NCBI GenBank assembly: GCA_000165425.1
Contig: CT868496.1
Span: 372,001 to 436,000, forward strand
Direction: 5' to 3'
Source of the DNA: Paramecium tetraurelia
Taxonomy: Eukaryota
DNA: 64,000 bases
Shown here piece after piece: positions 54,250-64,000 of this stretch. The notes beneath the pieces were generated by a model. The model was not told where the DNA came from. It saw only the letters and a program-made list of their open reading frames with translations, and ran no database searches. Made by a program: the position numbers and the translations under genes. How positions within the stretch are numbered: position 1 is the stretch's first letter; each line of letters starts with the position of its first letter.

Positions 54250-55152
54250 TATTAATATAAGATAATAATTATGATTTAATTTATAATTTTAAATCAATAT
54301 ATATTATTTTTAACAATTATATCTAAAAAAGTGCCATCGTACTGGAGAATTATTCAGATCAAAATGAGTGTCAACTAAAGATGCTCTATCATGAGTAACA
54401 TAAATATCTCATGCGTAATTAGGATTTTTTGTATTTAAAATTCCTCAAAGAAAATTTTTTAATTTCATATTATAATGCTTTGATAATTTCTAGCAATAGA
54501 TGATTTAACTCCATAAATTAATATCAAAATAGCAACAACAATCTAAGGATTTTTGGATTTGGAATACCGTCTACAATTTTACCTAAATGATAAGCCGATA
54601 ATAATAATGAAATTATAATCAACATAAAGGAGTCAATTTCTATAAGTTTTTCATTACTCTTATCTTATAGAATCTTTAAAAACCTAAATAATTTCATGGT
54701 TGCTATGGAATGCTAAGAATGAAATATAGATTAAACTGTAAATAGATGTAAGCACCTAAAGAAAACTAAATAGAAATGAGTAGGATATTTTTAACATAAA
54801 AGACACATCTAGTTTTATTTGGATAAATTGAATTAAGTAAATGGTCGTGATTTTTTGTGTTGTCTATAAATCAGAAAAATAAATTAAAATTGAATTTGTA
54901 AAAAAATAAATGACATGGTAATTTAAATATTATTTGAAGCTTATAAACATTATTACATGTTCTAAGATTTTGTATTATAAATAAAGAATCTTTTAATTTA
55001 TTTACAACTAATTCACTAATTAGAAAAATAAGAAAAGTTCATTCTTATAAATATATTAAATTAATTAAGTTTGAAAAAAAGTATTTTTATAAATTAATTT
55101 TCCAGATAACTAAAATAATTAGATGGATGATTAATATTGTAAATAATATATT

Positions 55153-58100
55153 TCATGTATTCTAACCCAATTATTTTAGAGAATCACTCTATTATTTTAT
55201 AAAACAATCTTGAAATTCTTTGAACTTAACTAGCAAGTTTAACAACAAATCTAATTTGTTAAGTCTAACTAATTATTAATCTTAATCGGAATCTTTATTG
55301 GAATCTTCACATTTTACATAATTGAAATATTTATTCAAATAGCAATTACTTTATTTATCTTCTGAAGTAATTTCCTAAAGATCGAGTGTCTTTGGATATT
55401 TTTCAATATTTTCAAAGAACTCAAAGGACCCATCAACATCCACACCCTCATATACTTTCTACAGCAAATTTGTTATAATTAGGTTTGCATTATTTGATTG
55501 AATGAGGGGATATTGAATAACACCATCTACTGAACGATTGATATATTTTTTTATATCAAGTCCCAACGAAACTACTTTTATTTGCATTTGCTAAGCCATA
55601 TTTAGTTGTATTTAAAGTTTATGAAATGGATAGTTATAAAAAGAGTGATTAATAAAAATCAAATATTTTTTATATTGGCTAAATCTTTCAAATTGATCAA
55701 GTACTAACTAAAATTTATTGTGATTATCATTTAATGGCACCTTATTACATTAATCAATTAGGCTTTATATTAATAAGGTTTATTCCTAATCAGTCCAGGA
55801 AGTAGAAAAATTTTACTTGATAATATTTTGAGTATGATTTAAAATCATTAAATTGCATACAAGTGAACATTACTTACATATTTCGATAAATTAAAATAAA
55901 AATGGTAATAGAATTTATTATAGGGTTTCCTTTTCAATCTAACTTAAATCTAAAACAATCTAAAAAAGATAAAAAGACTTTCCTCCTTTATTTTTTTTCT
56001 TCATTATATCCCTAGCAGTTCCATTTGTGCAAAAGAATTTGATGATGCCTTTTATATCTATTGTAGTTCCTTTTGAAGATAAAGAATACTTCGTAAATTT
56101 ACTTACTTCCAGCAATGCTTTAATATCATTTGCTTCTTTAGAGTCAAGTTGGGATTCAAATTCAGAAGTTTTTTTAATTTCTTCTGCCTCGTCCAACAAT
56201 TTTTAGACTATTTTTTCTGTCCTTATTTTTTAATTCTCTACAATTTGATTTAACAATTCTATTAAATTTTTTGAATTACTGATTGTTTGACCATTTTCAA
56301 TGTTGATAATATTATAATCAAATTTGTCCTATATTTGAATAATTGAAGTAAACCCTTCATCTAATAATTCCTCTTTACATTTATTTGACATTTCCAATAA
56401 TTATTTTGTAAATAATAATATAAAATCATTTTTGTGCTAAATTTCTTCATCAACTATAATAAAATCCTTTTTGCATTTACCATTTACAGCATGTAAAATT
56501 GAATCTAGAAGATTTACAGATAAATAATCCTATTTTTGTTTTAAAAATATCGCTTTGAACTATCCTGATAAGATGATATCATAAGTCAAATTAAGAAAAG
56601 AAAATTGTAATAACAATAATCCTAAATGTTAAAAATATTGCTACTCTAATTATTACTCTGTAATTATAATTCTAAAAGTAAATTTTTTGATAATGTTCCA
56701 GATTTCTTAGGAATCCAACCATTCTTCATAAAGTTTTTACTCTGCTTAAATAATTAATTTATTATAATCAGTGTAGTTTATGTTTGTAAAAACCTCTGAT
56801 TATTATTTAAATTTTTGAGGTTACAAAGTATTATAAATTTTACTATTAGATTTGGTAACTTTAGTTTTTAAATAAATATTTGAATCCAAATAATCATCAA
56901 AAAAATATTTTTTAATATTATTCATATTTAAAGTAATTGAGTTTGTTAGTTTTTAGTTATTTTATTAATTAACATTCCGATAGGAATCTGTTTAATTATG
57001 CAAACTAGTAGAAGTTGTATATATTTATATTTGCTATTATTCATTATTAGAAATTGATTGTTGAATTATTAATTATTTAGAATTAGTATTTGCAAATGGT
57101 TATGTTTATTTATCAGTATTTGAAATTTATGATTATAGTGAGGCTGTCTATTAACCATTTTTAGTATCTGACGATTATTATGACTATTAGGCATCATTAG
57201 TATTTGATGATTATGATGTCTATTATCCATTATTAGTATTTGATGATTATGATGTCTATTATCCAATATTAGTATTTGATGACTATGATGTCTATTATCC
57301 ATTATTAGTATTTGATGATTATGATGTCTATTATCCATTATTAGTATTTGATGATTATGATGTCTATTATCCCATTTTTAGTATTTGATGATTATGATGT
57401 CTACTATCCATTATTAGTATTTGATGATTATGATGTCTACTATCCAATATAGGTATTTGATGATTATGATGTCTATTATCCATTATTAGTATTTGATGAT
57501 TATGATGTCTATTATCCATTATTAGTATTTGATGATTATGATGTCTATTATCCATTATTAGTATTTGATGATTATGATGTCTACTATCCAATATAGGTAT
57601 TTGATGATTATGATGTCTATTATCCATTATTAGTATTTGATGATTATGATGTCTACTATCCATTATTAGTATTTGATGATTATGATGTCTACTATCCAAT
57701 ATAGGTATTTGATGATTATGATGTCTATTATCCATTATTAGTATTTGATGATTATGATGTCTATTATCCATTATTAGTATTTGATGATTATGATGTCTAT
57801 TATCCATTATTAGTATTTGATGATTATGATGTCTATTATCCAATATTAGTATTTGATGACTATGATGTCTATTATCCATTATTAGTATTTGATGATTATG
57901 ATGTCTATTATCCATTATTAGTATTTGATGATTATGATGTCTACTATCCATTATTAGTATTTGATGATTATGATGTCTACTATCCATTATTAGTATTTGA
58001 TGATTATGATGTCTACTATCCATTATTAGTATTTGATGATTATGATGTCTACTATCCATTATTAGTATTTGATGATTATGATGTCTACTATCCATTATTA

Positions 58101-61100
58101 GTATTTGATGATTATGATGTCTATTATCCATTTTTAGTATTTGATGATTATGATGTCTACTATCCATTATTAGTATTTGATGATTATGATGTCTACTATC
58201 CAATATAGGTATTTGATGATTATGATGTCTATTATCCATTTTTAGTATTTGATGATTATGATGTCTATTATCCATTATTAGTACTTGATGATTATGATGT
58301 CTACTATCCATTATTAGTATTTGATGATTATGATGTCTATTATCCAACATTAGTATTTGATGATTATGATGTCTATTATCCATTGTTCGTATTTGATGAT
58401 TGTGTATTTTAATTGTTAGTTTTTTTTGTTTGTAATTATTATTCTTATTATTTTTATTCAATTTTTTCTTCACTTATCTCCTATGCTTATGAATTTTTAT
58501 TCATATTTTATCTATAATCATATCCTTTTTTGTTATTTTCATTAGAATTTTCTTTCTTATATACTTTCTCCAAATCATTATAATTTGTTAAATTTTAATT
58601 TTTTGTCTGGTCATGATTATATTATTTGGATTTATTTTAATCTTTTTTATTTTTATTTTTTTCATTCCCATCTACTTCATATTCTTATTACTTTTTATTT
58701 TATTAATGTTACTTTTCCTTTTATTCTTATTTGTCTTATTTAGATTCCTTATTTTCATCTTTTTAAGCTTTTTCACATATTTTCTCTTTTAAGATTTTTT
58801 TTTTTTCTTATTCTTCTTTTATTTCTTTTTCATATTTTTCGACTTCTACTTGTATTTTTTCAATATCCCCAGAAACATCAACATCAATCTCTTTCATTAG
58901 CTCCTTAATTTCTTTTTATTTGTTACAAATCATTTTTTTAACTTCATAATCATCATGTTTCAACGTTATTCCAAATCTTTTTAATTTTTTTAAAAATCCA
59001 TCATCAAATAATTTCGAAAATTTTTTAAAAACATCTCTTATTAGATTTACTCCATTTATAATTAATTACGCATTCCAAGAAATTGGCTTCCTACTCTTAT
59101 GCTCTTCATTTTAACAAAATGAAAATGAAATTATAAAATGTGCAGCAACTCCAAAAATTACATCACCAATAAATTCAATTCCTATATATTTGATTTGAAT
59201 CAATTTAAGATCAAGTTGAAGCCAGGAAGTTTTATCGAATTCCAAACTACCTTTTATTCTTGGTCTAAATAGTTATAGTTCTAAACATAGTTTGCAATAT
59301 TTTCTATCCCATTAGAAATCACAACTTAAAGGAAAACCTTTCCCTAATATGTATTTTGAACATGTAGTAAAAGGAATATTATCAAAGATTTTAGCCGATA
59401 ATTTCGCTGTTAAATCAAAGCAACTATTTTTCACATCAATATTGTAATTTAAACTGATATCAAAATCAATACAAGTTATTGTAAATTTAGCCCAACCTTT
59501 CCCAATATATATATCTCCATTGTTGAATAATAGAGTACTAGATGTTGCAAAATTTTAATTTCCTTCTTAGTCTTCTATAAATATGAAAACAGGTTTATAT
59601 TTTTTCCACGATAATGAAGTTTCCTCTAAATCCTATAATTCAATTTTAAAATTGGAAAATTTTAATTTATCAAATTTTTACAAAAGTGTATGAAATTTAG
59701 TATCCTTTAACTTGTGCATTATTTCTTTAGGAAAAATTGGATTAGTAAGATCTAAATCGATTTCCCCATTGAAAAATAATATTCTTTCTGTTTTCGTAAA
59801 GAAATCAAAAAAATTTTCTGGAAAAATTTTTTCCATACAAAATATCTCCATTGAATTTTATAGATTTGAGTTAGAAATTTCAACTACCCATGTTTTTGGA
59901 ATAAAGTGATAATAATTAAAAAGAATGAGATTTACCTTATTTTTATAGACTTCCCCAGTTAAATTTCCTAAAAATTCAGTTATCTATTAATTTTTTACTT
60001 TAAATTAACATTTTCCATTAAAGCTCATCCCAACTATTCGAAAAGCCTTATTATAAACAAGCTCAAAATGACCTTCTTATGATTCTTATCCGAACTAAAT
60101 ATTACCTTTATATGTTAGGCTTCCAAAATCTTTATAAAATTATGTCAATTGAAGATAAATTTTATAACTTGGAAGAGTTTCTGATTTCAATTGAAATGAA
60201 CATTTTAAATTTGCATTTTCAAAGGAAAATTCTGGACTTTGAGCCTTAAGTTCCTTTAGATTCTAATATTATATTTATAAATCGAATTCTTATGGGAGAA
60301 AAAACAAAATAATTTTGAGCTCTTATTTTATTTGAGCTCTACAATTTGCAAACCAACTAAATTCTCGCTTATTTATTTCTCCCTTTTCAATAAGTTTCAA
60401 GTAATTTACATAATTTGTATTTTCCTATAATTCCTTGAAAATAAAATTTCCATTTTAATTAGTATATATAAATAAGCAATCTGCTTTTTTTAATTTAAAA
60501 GAATAATCAAATTCACATAAATAATTAAATATATCCTTAAACTTCCTATGATTATCAAATGAATATTAGAAAATCGCTGAATGATAATGATCTCTAAAAT
60601 AAAGATTGATATTATGATATGGTTCTTTTAGTGTAACAAATATTTTGTCGTTTTGAAAAATTAAATCAGTTATTTATAGTTCCTATCTTGAAATGTCAAA
60701 TCTGTCATATTCCTTCTCTTCCTTTAACTGGGCTCCATCTTTTTTCTAAATATAAGAAAATATGTCCGTTCCTCTTAGAGAGAAAATGCTATTGTTCTAA
60801 AAAGTGAATTTTTTTTTTCCTTAATCATATTAAAGAGTAAATGGAATTTCAAAAATATTTACATCAAATTACAAGCTTAATTATGTGGATTTTGATTTGA
60901 TTTCCAATATTAGAGTAATTTATTTAAATTATGTGATACCATTTCTGATGGATAAATTTTTCTTACATTCAAGTATTAAACTCTAAAAGGAATATGTCTT
61001 ACTAAGTTTTAAAGTACATGAAAGATCCAAATACTTATTTTTAAAATCACTAGAAAAAATAGGTAACTTAAAATCATAATAAGAATTCAAAATTTCTAGA

Positions 61101-64000
61101 AACTTATGTAAATTTTGTTCTAAATTAAAATTAAATTCAAATTGTTTTGTTTTCTCTAAAAGATCTATTTCGAATTCTATTCTAAAATCATTATGAGAAA
61201 ACAAATTCAACTCAAACGACAAGTATAAAGTTTTCTTAAGTTTAGTATCATCACTTATCTCAAAAGCTAATTAAATATTATCCAATTTTAAAGCATTTGT
61301 CAAAGTTTAAGTAGATACTTCATATGAAAGTTTAAATGAGGTATTACAATTCCCCAATACCAGATAAACATTTAAATCATCATAATTTATTTTCCTAGCA
61401 AATACAATATCTATTTCTTTATTAAAAACAGCCAAAAAAAATTATTTCATACTAAATTTGAATCTAANNNNNNNNNNNNNNNNNNNNNNNNNNNNNNNNN
61501 NNNNNNNNNNNNNNNNNNNNNNNNNNNNNNNNNNNNNNNNNNNNNNNNNNNNNNNNNNNNNNNNNNNNNNNNNNNNNNNNNNNNNNNNNNNNNNNNNNNN
61601 NNNNNNNNNNNNNNNNNTCACTTTTCTCAAACGCCCCCCCCACCTTTCCCCCCCCCAACGCCTTTGTCAACGCCCACGTCGATCCTCATCTGACCGCCCA
61701 ATGAGGTTTCCCTTCCCCATTACCCGATCCCCCCCCATCATCATCCCCCCCTTCCCTGGCAATACAATATCTATTTCTTTATTAAAAACAGCCAAAAAAA
61801 ATTATTTCATACTAAATTTTGAATCTAATTAGAAATCACAATAGAATTCTTATTTTAATTAACTGAACTTGAGGTCTATAGAACCTAAAAGGAATTAATT
61901 TATTCTACATATTCCTGATAAGCAAGTTTCTTCCCAATCTTTTTTCCTATAAACTAGATATCCATTCAATTCTTTGATGTTTATTAAATTAAAAATTTTA
62001 CATTAACTATTTGCTATAAATAATTTTACTATATATTCCCACACTTAATGCTTTTCTAATAATAAAGAAAAAGAAAAATCCTGAACCTCAAACTTTGCAT
62101 CCTTTTCAATAATATCTATTCCTACACTATTTTTTATGAATTAATTCAGACTAAACTTCTCGATTATAAAAGAATTAAATTTTAGCTAATAATTTGGATT
62201 TGATTCCTAACTTAGAGAGTCTTAAAATTTTAAAAGAAAATCAACTTCCTGCTGAAAAAACAGTAATTTTACTTTTAAATCAGCATAACCTTCACTTCGT
62301 TTTTCGGATTATTAAAATGTTAATTGTATTTTTTCAAAAGTTAAGCCAGTGTACTTGGTTATAATATTTTCTTTCACAACATTTAATTCACCTTCAAATT
62401 CTTAAGATATAATATTGTAATTAAAGTATACAATATGATTTACTCTTGGAAATATATCTATTCCTTCAAATTAACGTCCAAGCAAACCAAAACCCAATTT
62501 GAAAGGATCGATTGACATTTGTAAAGATTTATCTTCTATTTCTAAATTTAGCGATCCTGTAGGATTTAACTAAAGTTCAAAGGTATTTAGAGGAAATCCT
62601 TTTAATGCTATTAATCCTTTCAAAATAAGCCCAAAACATTTATCAGATCCAAAAATTGTTAAATAGCAGTCACAAAGATTTATAAATTCAGATATTTTCC
62701 TTCGATTCAATAGACCTACGCTAAATTTCAACCAAACTGAATTATCCCAAATTATCATTGATTCGTAAGTTTGCTCTTAATTCTATTTTTCTTAATCCTT
62801 TGCTTCTTACTTTTATTTTAATTCTTAAGCTATTTTTTCATCTTACATTTATTTTAGCTTTTAAGCTATTTTTTCATCTAAACCAGTTTAAAATTTTTAT
62901 TATTTTGATTTTGCCTCTTCAAAATCATAACCTTGAGATTGCATTTTATGTTCTTGCATTTAAAAAAACTATTAAAGTTCTTCTCCTAATTTTTCAAATT
63001 AATCCAAATTTAAAAATGATTTAGAATTCTCTTATTCAAATTATATTGTTTCAATTTCATCAAACCCTTTTACTTATGATAATTGCTTTTCCAAATCACT
63101 TGAGAAAGCAGCAATAATATGTTTTAATTTTGGGGAGTTCATCCCTTTTTTTAATTTCATAGTTAGACACTTTTCTAAATCTTAGCAAAAAAATCTCAAA
63201 AAATCAAACTCTAATTCAACTTCAATTGTAAGCTTAAGAATTTCAACAGTGAAACCTATTGTAAATTATGCAATTTTTGAATCAATATGGGAATATATTT
63301 GCATACTTTTTATTTAGAAATTTATTTTCTCAAAAATTTGAATATTCCAATCAAACTCAATAATTATTTAAAAATTCCAATAAATTGCATCAGTGATAAT
63401 ATCAAGCTTCTTTATTGAAGTAGCTTTACTTTTTGATAACTAAGATATAAAAATATTGTTGTTTTCAAAATAATTCTAGAAAAATTTTTTAATTATTTTA
63501 TCAGAATAAATTTAGTGTTATCCTTGAGGTAATTATTCAGTTAATTTGAATATCATTGTGTTTTTTTGAATTATTCCAACTAAATTACCAATATCTTAAT
63601 CTAGAAACTGAAATGCAAATTCAATACTTCCATTTAAAGCAATTGGTTATTTTAGTTCTATATTTGTATCTATTTTATTAATTTTAATCCAAAATGGTAA
63701 CTTATAAATTTAAATTGGTTTTTCACATCTAAGTTGTATTTCTACCCTTCTTTCTTCAAAATCAATATATGGTACAAAATTTTCACAAAAAGTAAGATTA
63801 ATATTAGAAATTAAACTAAAACATCCAGATTCCAAAAAAATATTAACTATATTTTATTATGGAATACATATTTCTCCTCTATTTGAAATTAAATCATTTA
63901 TTCTACCAAAATATCCTTGTTTGATAAAATAATAATTTAATTCAAGATGCAGATCACAACTTAGTTAAAATTAAGTAATGATATTTTCCTTGTTTGAGGC
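55153..64000 (-). CDS. Giant protein (5' end beyond window) with low-complexity repeat and midasin-like VWA-type C-terminus; frameshifted as assembled
   Basis: Sampled ciliate-code segments share consistent frames over >8.5 kb; TGA at 55153-55155; 1-nt frame change at 57371-57373; N-gap at 61468-61617. Confidence 0.75.
57160..58400 (-). repeat. Tandem repeat, 36-nt unit, ~33 copies, coding NNGQQTSQSSNT
   Basis: Plus-strand unit tccattattagtatttgatgattatgatgtctatta repeated head to tail, with a few recurrent variants. Confidence 0.97.
61468..61617. other. Assembly gap (150 N) followed by low-quality C-rich sequence to ~61758
   Basis: Run of N; ~61400-61467 is repeated at ~61760-61828. Confidence 0.95.

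Noticed and set aside
57160..58400. 36-nt repeat array as a CRISPR array
   Set aside because: Units are contiguous with no unique spacers, there are no cas genes, and the context is a eukaryotic coding region.
57367..58473. 368-aa His-rich ORF (MDNRHHNHQILI)n in the ORF track
   Set aside because: Alternative frame of the coding repeat; the flanking gene frame and synonymous TAA/TAG variants support NNGQQTSQSSNT.
61618..61758. GC-rich island as foreign DNA, insertion or telomere
   Set aside because: Abuts an N-gap, has irregular C-runs, lacks C4A2/C3A3 periodicity and fades into duplicated flank; typical low-quality read end.

Overview
AT-rich, gene-dense eukaryotic DNA that reads as a ciliate macronuclear genome, most like Paramecium. 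Genes translate sensibly only with TAA/TAG = Gln and TGA as the sole stop, and are split by tiny (~20-34 nt) GT..AG introns, so the supplied standard-code ORF track is fragmented and often in the wrong frame. I re-translated by hand and support about 30 protein genes. They include AP-2 sigma, Aurora kinase, a Nudix hydrolase, WD40 proteins, an AGC-like pseudokinase, three divergent Bax-inhibitor-1-like paralogues, a cyclin, an S10 carboxypeptidase, a SET protein, two Myb paralogues, pecanex, stomatin, an RJL GTPase, an ABHD17-like hydrolase, an EEP/sphingomyelinase-like enzyme, BORCS8-like, SLC35B1-like and a GPI ethanolamine-phosphate transferase. After ~47.4 kb the region is AT-richer and intron-poor, with a Ulp1-like protease, a tandem XK-like membrane protein and a giant minus-strand gene that runs off the window. 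That gene has a midasin-like VWA-type C-terminus, a ~33-copy 36-nt coding repeat carrying a 1-nt frameshift, and a probably spurious assembly gap. I found no convincing tRNA, rRNA, transposon, telomere or CRISPR, and no complete novel multi-gene system. All family calls come from motif recognition without database searches, and gene ends are hand-derived.
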